DNA of 64,000 nucleotides from the NCBI GenBank assembly GCA_038245785.1, contig JBBRSB010000009.1:32001-96000 (forward strand), read 5' to 3'. The notes below the pieces were generated by a model, which was not told the origin of the DNA, did no database searches, and saw only the letters and a list, made by a program, of their open reading frames with translations. This document shows, piece after piece, positions 19,283 to 27,635 of the stretch. This stretch comes from Gloeobacterales cyanobacterium (lineage in GTDB: Bacteria > Cyanobacteriota > Cyanobacteriia > Gloeobacterales > PMM-0068). Position 1 is the stretch's first letter, and each line of letters starts with the position of its first letter. The position numbers and the translations under genes were made by a program.

Positions 19283-21292
19283 TTAACTAGCAATGCGGGG
19301 GGTAGTGCAATAAGGGCAATCCAGCCATTCCGGCTGGAGAGACGCGAAACAGGTGCGGCAGACCAAAGTTGTGTTGCCTTTCTGTGCGGCTTCCAAACCA
19401 GAATCGGAGAGGGTTACCCGTTCCACTTCTTCAAGGGTCGTGCGGCCTTCGATAACGAGCTGTAGGGAATAGGCTAACAGGGTTTTCATGCCTTCTTCAA
19501 TCGCTACTTCCCGAAGCATGTCCGTGGGCGCTTCTCTATTGATCAGGTCGCGTAGCTTGTCCGAGAGGCGAAGCAGTTCATAGACCCCGATCCGTCCTTT
19601 GTAGCCCACTCCGCTACAGGTATTGCAAACGGGCTGGCCTGCGCGCTTGCATTCATCAATCTCTTGGTTAGAAAGCGATTGAGCCCGGTAAAAGGTTATA
19701 GCCGAGACCCGACTGGTCAGCAAGCCAAAAGCATGAAGTCGATCTTCAGAGGGAGTATAGGGCATGCGGCAATCAGCACATACCTTACGCAAAAGGCGCT
19801 GGGCCAGGATTCCAACCAGCGAGCTGGAGAGCATAAAGGGCTCCACACCCATCTCCGCTAGACGGGCAATCGCTCCTGGTGCATCGTTAGTATGGAGCGT
19901 AGTCAAGACCAGGTGTCCGGTGAGGGCCGCTTCTACCGCTGTCTTAGCCGTCTCCAAGTCCCGCGTCTCTCCCACCAACATAATGTCTGGATCTTGACGA
20001 AGGAAGGCTCTCAGGATTCGGGAAAAGTCCATTCCTTTCTCACGGATGACCTGAACCTGTGTAATTCCAGGAAGCGTATATTCTACGGGGTCTTCTGCAG
20101 TGGTGATGTTGACATCGGGAGTATTGCGTTCAGCTAGAGCCGAATACAAGCTTGTGGTTTTACCAGAACCTGTGGGTCCGGTGACCAAAATCATGCCGTA
20201 GGGTTTGGCAATCATTTCTCGGAAGGAGTCCAGGGTTGCCTGGTCGGTGATCAGTTGGTCAAGACCAAGCTTAGTGTTGGAGTTGTCCAAAATCCGCAAA
20301 ACGATCTTCTCGCCAAATCTAGAAGGCAACGTACTAACCCGAAAATCGATAGACCGTCCTTTATAGTTACGACGAATCCGACCATCTTGCGGCTGGCGAC
20401 GTTCGGCAATATCTAGCTCCGACATAATCTTGAAACGAGAAACTATGGCTGGGATGATCCGCTTAGGCAAGGGGTCAAAGGCTTCCTGGAGGACCCCATC
20501 CCGACGGAAGCGGATCCGCATCGTATCCTCTTGCGGTTCGATATGGATGTCAGAGACACCCTGGTCAATTGCCTTAAGCAAGATGGTGTTGGAAAGCTTG
20601 ATGATCGGGGCATCTTCTGCTGCTCGTGAAAGCTGCCCTAAGTCTGCGCCTTCCTCATCAGAAACTTCTTCCAAGTCGGCCCCTGCGTCCAGAGAATCGT
20701 AGAGCTTGTCCATCTCAGCGCTACCTGTGTCCTCTTCTTCTACAGAGAGGCTTGCAAGCTCTGAAGCTTGCGTATCGAGATAGTTGGAGATTACCCGCTG
20801 ATAATCTTCCGGGGTAATGACAATCCGCTGTAGCGTCAGCCCTTTGGCCCGAAGACGGCGGCTGACATCATCCAATGCCTGGAGGTCTTCCGGGTCTACC
20901 ATTGCTACCACAGCCGTGTTGTCGACCTGGCGAACCGGCACTATCTGATAGCGGGTGCATACCTCTAAGGGCATCAACCCATCTACTAGTTTGACCACTT
21001 GGTCCTTATCCAGCACTTCCCGGTCTACATCAAAAGACTGGACTCCATAGAGGATCTTGAGCTCGAAGAGCTGCTGAACTTTGAACTCTTGTAAGAGTTC
21101 CGGTGAGACCTGCTTGCCCGTGACATCTTTAAGAACGTCTCCAAGAGACCTTTTGGTCCGCCGCTGCTCTTTGATGGCCGTATGGTACTGGTCCTCAGAC
21201 AGCAGTCCCAACTTAATCATTTTCTCGCCAAGCGGCGAAATCGCCTTACGGGTTTGTAAAGCGCGACGGCCTGGGATAGGACTCAAACTCAT
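19283..21292 (-). CDS. pilB: Type IV pilus assembly ATPase PilB
   Basis: SDIHIEP, GPTGSGKTT, RQDPD, TLHTNDA; internal CADC/CNTC and C-terminal CRTC..CPYC tail typical of cyanobacterial PilB1. Confidence 0.96.
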   Translation of the reverse strand: MSLSPIPGRRALQTRKAISPLGEKMIKLGLLSEDQYHTAIKEQRRTKRSLGDVLKDVTGKQVSPELLQEFKVQQLFELKILYGVQSFDVDREVLDKDQVVKLVDGLMPLEVCTRYQIVPVRQVDNTAVVAMVDPEDLQALDDVSRRLRAKGLTLQRIVITPEDYQRVISNYLDTQASELASLSVEEEDTGSAEMDKLYDSLDAGADLEEVSDEEGADLGQLSRAAEDAPIIKLSNTILLKAIDQGVSDIHIEPQEDTMRIRFRRDGVLQEAFDPLPKRIIPAIVSRFKIMSELDIAERRQPQDGRIRRNYKGRSIDFRVSTLPSRFGEKIVLRILDNSNTKLGLDQLITDQATLDSFREMIAKPYGMILVTGPTGSGKTTSLYSALAERNTPDVNITTAEDPVEYTLPGITQVQVIREKGMDFSRILRAFLRQDPDIMLVGETRDLETAKTAVEAALTGHLVLTTLHTNDAPGAIARLAEMGVEPFMLSSSLVGILAQRLLRKVCADCRMPYTPSEDRLHAFGLLTSRVSAITFYRAQSLSNQEIDECKRAGQPVCNTCSGVGYKGRIGVYELLRLSDKLRDLINREAPTDMLREVAIEEGMKTLLAYSLQLVIEGRTTLEEVERVTLSDSGLEAAQKGNTTLVCRTCFASLQPEWLDCPYCTTPRIAS

Positions 21293-21591
21293 AAATAGCC
21301 CCTTAGTGACAACGGCAGATCCCCCGCAACGTGGCTAGAGGCTGCACAGCTTAGGTTTATCATTCCCCGTTCTTTCAAAAAGTCTACCGAAGAAGTCCAA
21401 ATAACGAGCAGATTCTCAGCGTAAGCGAGATCAACTTCATGGAATCTTTAAATGCAGCTCACACAACCTTGAAGATTTGCGAACTTCTCTACCCATAGGA
21501 TGACTACATGGTGAAGAAAAGCTGCTATGTCGTCCCTGGAAGACATCAGCTCTTTGTCCACATTATTAAGTCCACAAAGTGAGGAGAGGGA

Positions 21592-22356
21592 ATGTACGCT
21601 CAAGCAGAAAAGTCTAATACCCTAGAACTTTTGCAAGCCTATCGTACGAAGCCCAGTGTGGCTGTCAGAAATCGTCTAGTCCAACAGAATATCGGTTTGG
21701 TGAGAAAAGTAGCTCACCAGGTAAGTCGTCACTGTGCTGAGCCCTATGAGGATTTGGTGCAAGTCGGTTCTATGGGGTTGATTCGGGCTGTAGAGCGTTT
21801 TGATATTGGTCGTGGCCATTCCTTCAGTTCTTTTGCTGTCCCTTATATCCGGGGAGAAATGCAGCACTATTTACGGGACCGTAGCAGCTCGGTACGCATC
21901 CCTCGCCGCTTCCAAGAACTAGCCCGCAAGGGTCGTCGTGTTTCTCAAGAGCTGGGAGAAGATTTGGGCCGTCTTCCTAAAGAATGTGAAGTGGCTGATG
22001 CCTTAGAAATTAGTGTGGAAGAGTGGCATGATGTGCGCCTAGCAAAAGTCAATCGCCTCCCTCTTAGCTTGGATGCTCCTGTAAGTGCTCAGGAAGATGC
22101 GACCTTCTCTTTAGGAGATATTCTTCCGGATTCGAAATACCAGAGTTTCCGGTTAGTTGAAGAAGATCGTTTACGCTTACGGCAAGCCCTTCATGAGTTG
22201 GAAGATCCGACCCGTGACATCCTGGAATTTGTCTTTTTTCAAGACTTAACCCAAACAGAAACAGCACGCAGACTGGGCCTTTCTCCCATGACCGTGTCCC
22301 GGAAGATCAAATCAGGACTGCGCCAGCTCTGGCATATTCTGGATGCCCCTGTCTAG
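21592..22356 (+). CDS. sigF: Group 3 sigma factor SigF
   Basis: RNRLVQQNIGLVRK, EDLVQVG, FSSFAVPYIRGEMQHYLRD, SLDAP, SPMTVSR. Confidence 0.92.
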   Translation: MYAQAEKSNTLELLQAYRTKPSVAVRNRLVQQNIGLVRKVAHQVSRHCAEPYEDLVQVGSMGLIRAVERFDIGRGHSFSSFAVPYIRGEMQHYLRDRSSSVRIPRRFQELARKGRRVSQELGEDLGRLPKECEVADALEISVEEWHDVRLAKVNRLPLSLDAPVSAQEDATFSLGDILPDSKYQSFRLVEEDRLRLRQALHELEDPTRDILEFVFFQDLTQTETARRLGLSPMTVSRKIKSGLRQLWHILDAPV

Positions 22357-22374
22357 TCTCTCTTCATAAAAATT

Positions 22375-22410
22375 TAAATAGGTCCTGCACGGCTGTGTAG
22401 GGCCTATTTA
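22375..22410 (+). terminator. Hairpin downstream of sigF
   Basis: TAAATAGGTCCTGCAC-GGCT-GTGTAGGGCCTATTTA. Confidence 0.65.
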
Positions 22411-22603
22411 GTATCTATGTCAGGAGGGTATCAATACTTGATAATTCGAAAGAAATTGTTATCTATATTATGATTGTTAACACAAGTAAGAATCCTTCAG
22501 GCCATTGCCTGTTGGGGATCACTTGAGATAAAGTCCATAGGAAGCACTTAGCATAGTGTATTTAAAGTTAACACCATCATAGATTTGACAAGGAGTGGCC
22601 CCC

Positions 22604-23332
22604 TTGGATAACCGCAAAGAGAAGATCCTAGTGGTGGATGATGAAGCAAGCATCCGCCGCATCTTAGAAACACGCCTATCGATGATCGGCTACAGCGTCA
22701 TTACTGCTGCCGATGGAGAAGAGGCGCTTGAAACTTTCCATAAAGAACGTCCTGACCTCGTGGTCCTTGATGTGATGATGCCAAAGCTAGACGGCTATGG
22801 TGTTTGTCAAGAACTTCGCAAAGAATCTGATGTTCCGATCATCATGCTCACAGCCTTGGGGGATGTGGCCGACCGGATTACAGGTTTAGAGCTGGGAGCC
22901 GATGACTATGTAGTCAAGCCTTTCTCTCCTAAAGAACTGGAGGCGAGGATCCGTTCTGTCTTGAGACGGGTGGACCGGGATGGAGCCAGTGGTATTCCTT
23001 CTTCCGGACTTATCGCCGTTGGGGACCTCAAAATTGACACCAATAAGCGTCAGGTCTACAAGCAGAATGAGCGGGTTCGGTTAACAGGAATGGAGTTTTC
23101 GCTGCTGGAACTTTTGGTCAGCCGTTCAGGGGAAGCTTTCTCTCGCTCAGAAATTCTGCGTGAGGTCTGGGGTTATGAGCCAGAACGCCATGTGGATACT
23201 CGGGTGGTCGATGTGCACATCTCTCGCCTGCGTTCCAAGTTAGAAGAAGACCCCTCTAATCCAGAACTTATTCTGACCGCACGGGGTACGGGTTATTTAT
23301 TCCAGCGCATCACTCCAGAAACTACGGAGTAG
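22604..23332 (+). CDS. rpaB: Response regulator RpaB (Ycf27); likely TTG start 8 nt after an AGGAG RBS
   Basis: KEKILVVDDEASIRRILETRLSMIGY, RLTGMEFSLLELL, VWGY.PERHVDTRVVDVHISRLR. Confidence 0.96.
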   Translation: MDNRKEKILVVDDEASIRRILETRLSMIGYSVITAADGEEALETFHKERPDLVVLDVMMPKLDGYGVCQELRKESDVPIIMLTALGDVADRITGLELGADDYVVKPFSPKELEARIRSVLRRVDRDGASGIPSSGLIAVGDLKIDTNKRQVYKQNERVRLTGMEFSLLELLVSRSGEAFSRSEILREVWGYEPERHVDTRVVDVHISRLRSKLEEDPSNPELILTARGTGYLFQRITPETTE

Positions 23333-24545
23333 GGTCTGTCGGAGTCTGCGGTAGTCTATATGATTTACCACTTGCAGGCACTGCAGGCTTAGCGAGAACT
23401 GGAGCAGGGCTGGGCATAGCTGCGTTAGTTGTATCTGGGCTAGGGCTTTCAGGCGGTGGATTTATAGGAACAGGGCCAGCTTGAATTGGCTCTGAACTTT
23501 TTGTTTCTGGAGCGGATTCGGCGGTAGGCGGTTGTTGCTCGGGTATGGACGGGGGAGCTTCATTGGCCGCTGAAGGTGGGGTGCTAGGCGGCGGCACTTC
23601 TGCCGGGGGGACAGCGACCGGAGGAGTGGCTTCGTTAACAGCCACCTGACTGAGAATAAGGCGCACCAGGGCCTTTTGTTGTTCAAGGTGACCCGAATAG
23701 CTCTTGGGCGCATTGGTGCAGGTGTCAGGGCGGTTATAGCGGTGTTGTACTTCGACATTGAAGTATTGAAGACCTTGCTGATGCGCTATTAGAGAAAGTC
23801 CGCCATTATCTCGTTGGATATTTTCAAAAACGGTATTGACCCCTAGGGCTCTCAATTTTTCAAAGTCTTCTCTGCGGGTAACCAGCACAAAATCATCAGG
23901 GTCCATGCTTGGAGTGCTAAATGGAGGGGCTCCAGCATCCTCGCCATAGGAGCCCCCAGGCGCGTAGCTCTGAATAGTGAAGCTTCCTGGCGTGTTGTTA
24001 TGGAGTGCAATCACTGTTAGGGGCGTTACCTGGGTGCCTATCAAAACGGTGTTGGTGCCGCCAATACCCAAAGCATTTAGGGCTAAAGCCGAAACGGTTC
24101 CAGCCGCACTCACGAACTGAAAAAGGTCCGGTGGACGGGGGCTTTCAGGATGCCGAGTCAAGATTTTATTGATTGAGTAGACTACGCCCCCTGAAGTAAA
24201 CATTTGGTTCGGGTCTAGCCATGTGCCATTCAAAAGTAAGTTGCGGCATGGTCCTGATTTCTGAGCAATCACTCCTGGCTGACGGATCTCTACAATTTTC
24301 CCACCGGTTTCAGGCAATAGCTGATAGGCAGCCTCTCTGGCAATACGTTCATCTTGATGAGGAAGAAAATATAGCAAGTCAGGTCTGGGATTTCCTGGGA
24401 GTTCCGTAACGATGACCTGTACACCATCGATACCTTCCAAGACTTTTTGTGGCAGAGGTTCCGATAGATTTCCTGCAAATACAGGCAAACTCGAACAAAA
24501 GCCTATTCCCAAACATCCCGCTATCAACTTCGTAAATCTGCTCAC
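23322..24545 (-). CDS. Secreted protein with putative Zn-peptidase-like motifs and a Pro-rich C-terminal tail
   Basis: Signal peptide; PHQDE (HxxE), DPNQMF, IALHNN, YFNVE; about 100-aa Pro/Ala/Glu-rich tail. Confidence 0.6.
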   Translation of the reverse strand: MSRFTKLIAGCLGIGFCSSLPVFAGNLSEPLPQKVLEGIDGVQVIVTELPGNPRPDLLYFLPHQDERIAREAAYQLLPETGGKIVEIRQPGVIAQKSGPCRNLLLNGTWLDPNQMFTSGGVVYSINKILTRHPESPRPPDLFQFVSAAGTVSALALNALGIGGTNTVLIGTQVTPLTVIALHNNTPGSFTIQSYAPGGSYGEDAGAPPFSTPSMDPDDFVLVTRREDFEKLRALGVNTVFENIQRDNGGLSLIAHQQGLQYFNVEVQHRYNRPDTCTNAPKSYSGHLEQQKALVRLILSQVAVNEATPPVAVPPAEVPPPSTPPSAANEAPPSIPEQQPPTAESAPETKSSEPIQAGPVPINPPPESPSPDTTNAAMPSPAPVLAKPAVPASGKSYRLPQTPTDPTP

Positions 24546-24655
24546 ACGCTAGCCATCCAGTGTTTCATCTAGGTTCTAACAAAATTTAATGGATAATTTT
24601 TATCTTCATAAAAACTTTATGCCTTCTACATATCTTCTTTACGCATCAACTTGCT

Positions 24656-25255
24656 ATGAAGCGCACAATTGCCTTAACTTCACGCGCAGTTTATATGAAA
24701 ACCGTAGTAAATGCTCCAAAAAGACATGTATGGCTGTTTGACCCTCTGAAGAAAGCTTTTTCTCTCTTTGCTTTGGGCGAGAAACCTACAGCACTCCAGT
24801 CTGATGCCAAGAAAGTTGAACTCCTCAATACATTACCCGTACAGAGAGACTCTGGCTTTCAAGTTTTCTGGAAAAATTCTATCTCAGGCCTCTTTAATCC
24901 TGGTTCTGAAGAGTTAATTATTTACTTTTGTGTTTCTCGTTCTGCTAGCCGCGCGCGTAAGACCCAACAACAGATTCAAGCGGAAGGGGGGGCTGCAGAA
25001 ATACTGCGTCTTGTTGGTTGGGATTTAGAAAATCCAGCAGTTGCTGTTGAAGTCGGTGTCATAGGGCCTAGGACTTGGGAATGCAGGCAGCTTAGAATGG
25101 AAGGAGTGCGAGAGCCTTTTGGCTATGTGATTCTTTCTTCGTCCTATGCTCCTGGAATGATCAATTCGTTTAGCATCCGTTATGAAGAACTCTATCGACA
25201 GCCTGTTCGTTTTCTTTTGGATGAACACTCCTCCTGCGTGCGCTTGACAAAGTAA
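24656..25255 (+). CDS. Hypothetical protein
   Basis: 199-aa ORF filling the gap; no family recognised. Confidence 0.5.
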   Translation: MKRTIALTSRAVYMKTVVNAPKRHVWLFDPLKKAFSLFALGEKPTALQSDAKKVELLNTLPVQRDSGFQVFWKNSISGLFNPGSEELIIYFCVSRSASRARKTQQQIQAEGGAAEILRLVGWDLENPAVAVEVGVIGPRTWECRQLRMEGVREPFGYVILSSSYAPGMINSFSIRYEELYRQPVRFLLDEHSSCVRLTK

Positions 25256-25280
25256 ATTCATAGAATCTTCAGATAGAGCG

Positions 25281-25359
25281 CCTATGCAAGCAGCACCTTA
25301 GTTAGTGAGTAGGACTCCTCACTCATCCAAAACGACCCAATTTCACGGGTCGTTTTTTT
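25281..25359 (+). ncRNA. Candidate small RNA (Yfr1-like motif) ending in a strong terminator
   Basis: ACTCCTCACTC at 25314-25324 (10/11 match to the Yfr1 motif ACUCCUCACAC) followed by AAAACGACCC-N8-GGGTCGTTTTTTT. Confidence 0.4.
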
Positions 25360-25481
25360 ATGGCCGCCATCAGACCTGTCGCGTAGACAAGCTTCGAAAA
25401 AGATCTTAATACTGTCGTCACATAAAGTTCAAGCGAGCAGGGAATGATAGGTAGCGGACACCTTGAGTCATCTTCTCAATC

Positions 25482-25841
25482 ATGGAAATAGAAATCAGTC
25501 AAAGGCTTGGAAGTAAGGCTGATCAAGCAGCCCATTTAAATGACCAAATACGTCGAGAAGGCCTAAGTGCTCAATGGAGACTAAGTCTAAAGGTGAAGCA
25601 GCTAAGTCTAAAAAACCTTGAAGTAGTAATTCAGAAAGTTCAAGATTATAAAGAGTTTGGCCTTGATACAAATAGGCATGAATCAGGGACCTTTAAGCAT
25701 GAAGAGAAAAACTATTTTTGGATGATTGACTATTATCGTCCCTACACAGGGGCACAAGACCTCAAAAGTGCAGCGCCCCTAGATCCGAGTGATCCAGGAA
25801 CCATGAGAGTATTACGCTTAATGTTGCAGGAAGAGCTATAA
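25482..25841 (+). CDS. DUF3768 family protein
   Basis: LNDQIR..HESG.F..YFWMIDYY..DPSDP.TMRVLRLMLQEE. Confidence 0.75.
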   Translation: MEIEISQRLGSKADQAAHLNDQIRREGLSAQWRLSLKVKQLSLKNLEVVIQKVQDYKEFGLDTNRHESGTFKHEEKNYFWMIDYYRPYTGAQDLKSAAPLDPSDPGTMRVLRLMLQEEL

Positions 25842-25897
25842 GGGAAAGACCTTCGATAGAAATCCCGTGCTGTGAAGATTAAAGTTTGGATGAAAAT

Positions 25898-26230
25898 ATG
25901 AGTAACAAAATACAGGTCAAAGAAGCTGGTGAAATCAAACCCGTCGCTACAGGATATGGAGTATGTTTTGCAACTAGTGAAATAGCTGTAAAAAGACACA
26001 AGGTTGGCTATTTTTATCGCGAAAAGCCTAATAGCTATGCTGATAGTGGTTGGCGCTTTTTATCAGGATATGAATCTGCTGAATTCATGGCTAATCCAAA
26101 TAATACTGGCTTATACGATATCAATATCATTGCCAATTGTGATCCAGCTATCATTGCCTATCTTCATAAACCCATAGGATCTGTATTTATTCGTGATTCA
26201 AAGACAGATACTTTTCTGGATATGATATAG
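25898..26230 (+). CDS. DUF2185 / Imm33-like immunity protein
   Basis: VGYFYREKP..DSGWRFLSG.ES..YDINIIANCDPAIIAYL..PIGS. Confidence 0.82.
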   Translation: MSNKIQVKEAGEIKPVATGYGVCFATSEIAVKRHKVGYFYREKPNSYADSGWRFLSGYESAEFMANPNNTGLYDINIIANCDPAIIAYLHKPIGSVFIRDSKTDTFLDMI

Positions 26231-26237
26231 ATAGCCG

Positions 26238-27137
26238 CTACAGATGCAGTAAGTAATTCCAAAGAGGCAAGGTCAGTGCTAAAAAGCCGACCCCACCAGC
26301 AATCGAAGTTACGGCTGCCAATCGGTCTTGGTTATAGGTTTCAGCCAGAATGAGTGTGGCAAAGGCCGGAGGCATCGCGGACTGAAGTACAAGTGCGCTG
26401 AGGATTGGCCCTACAAACCCAAAAGCACGAAGCGTCGCCCAAATGGCTAGCGGCACAATGAGCATTTTGATGAAGAGCGCGGGCAGAACTTCTATCAGCG
26501 AACCCCAGGTTTTCACTTGCCCTAGGCGCATTCCTAGCAGTAATAAACTGCCACTAATTGCTGCTTCTCCCACAAATTTTAGGGGGCTAGCTACTGAGGT
26601 AGGCAAGGGCACTTGCAAGGTAAGCAAGGCAAATACAAAAGCGAGGAGTATAGGATTGCTGGCAAGACTGCGCAATAAGCTCTTCCAGCCTATAGGTTGT
26701 CCCTGCCAATATTCAGACAGAACAGGTCCCAGGCCATAGCCTCCCAAAAGCGTTCCAAAGAGGTCATAGACTAGAGCCCAGCCGAAATACTTCACGTCAA
26801 TCAGGGCCAAGATAAGCGGAAATCCGATAAAGCCTGTATTGCCAATTCCTGCGCTAAGCCTGAGCGTTTGAGTCGTTTGCGTAGGGAGTTGGCTCCTGCG
26901 ATACCAAAAAGAAGCTAGGACAAAACCAGAAAGTAGAGCTACCCAGGCAACGACTGCAGCCTGCCAGAGACTGCTAGAAAACTCTGCTCGCCGAATAAAA
27001 CTGAGGACGGCAAGGGGTGTACCGACCCAAAAAAGGAAAGAGGCCAGATATCCTGGCCATCGGGAAGGCAAGATCCGAACCAGTAGAAATCCGGCGGTTC
27101 CCCAAGCCAATAGAGGTGCATAAACCTGAAAAAGCAT
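26238..27137 (-). CDS. AEC (auxin efflux carrier) family transporter
   Basis: GNTGFIGFP, LQSAMPPAFATLILAE, multiple TM segments. Confidence 0.9.
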   Translation of the reverse strand: MLFQVYAPLLAWGTAGFLLVRILPSRWPGYLASFLFWVGTPLAVLSFIRRAEFSSSLWQAAVVAWVALLSGFVLASFWYRRSQLPTQTTQTLRLSAGIGNTGFIGFPLILALIDVKYFGWALVYDLFGTLLGGYGLGPVLSEYWQGQPIGWKSLLRSLASNPILLAFVFALLTLQVPLPTSVASPLKFVGEAAISGSLLLLGMRLGQVKTWGSLIEVLPALFIKMLIVPLAIWATLRAFGFVGPILSALVLQSAMPPAFATLILAETYNQDRLAAVTSIAGGVGFLALTLPLWNYLLHL

Positions 27138-27191
27138 CGACTAATCTTACGGGCGGCGTGGAAAGATAGACACAGCTTATCGTGGAGTTTT

Positions 27192-27566
27192 ATGAGTCTT
27201 ATTCAAACTATTCGTGGACAGGGAAATAAAGGCCCCTACTCTCAATCCGTTATTTATGAGGGACTCGTTTTCACGGCGGGCCAGGTTCCCGTCATTCCAG
27301 AAACGGGGACGATGATTCAAGGTTCTATTGCTGAGGAGGCGACTCAGGTTCTGACAAATCTCCAACGGGTCCTCACAGAAGCCGGTAGTAGTCTAAGTCG
27401 CGTTTTGAAAGTAACGGTTTATCTTGCCGATATGGAAGACTTTGGGCAGTTTAATCAGGTATACCAGCAGTTTTTTGTAGAGCATTTACCCGCGCGCACC
27501 TGTATTCAGGCAGGCAAGTTACCGTTTGGAGTAAAGGTAGAGGTTGAAGCCGTGGCCGCTCTGTGA
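27192..27566 (+). CDS. RidA/YjgF family enamine/imine deaminase
   Basis: GPYSQ, AGQVP, KVTVYL.DM..F, PARTC (catalytic Arg present), VEVEA. Confidence 0.93.
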   Translation: MSLIQTIRGQGNKGPYSQSVIYEGLVFTAGQVPVIPETGTMIQGSIAEEATQVLTNLQRVLTEAGSSLSRVLKVTVYLADMEDFGQFNQVYQQFFVEHLPARTCIQAGKLPFGVKVEVEAVAAL

Positions 27567-27635
27567 TAACTGTAAGGGCGCGGACATTGTGTGATTTATG
27601 CACTTTTTGAGATCACGCCTTCTAGAATTAATTTA

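Noticed and set aside
22441..22590. HLR1 (RpaB-binding) direct repeats upstream of rpaB
   Set aside because: GTTAACAC occurs twice, but spacing and sequence do not fit the paired (G/T)TTACA(T/A)(T/A) consensus
25244..25266. TTGACA...TAGAAT promoter for the candidate sRNA
   Set aside because: The spacer is only 11 bp, so it is not a valid sigma70 arrangement
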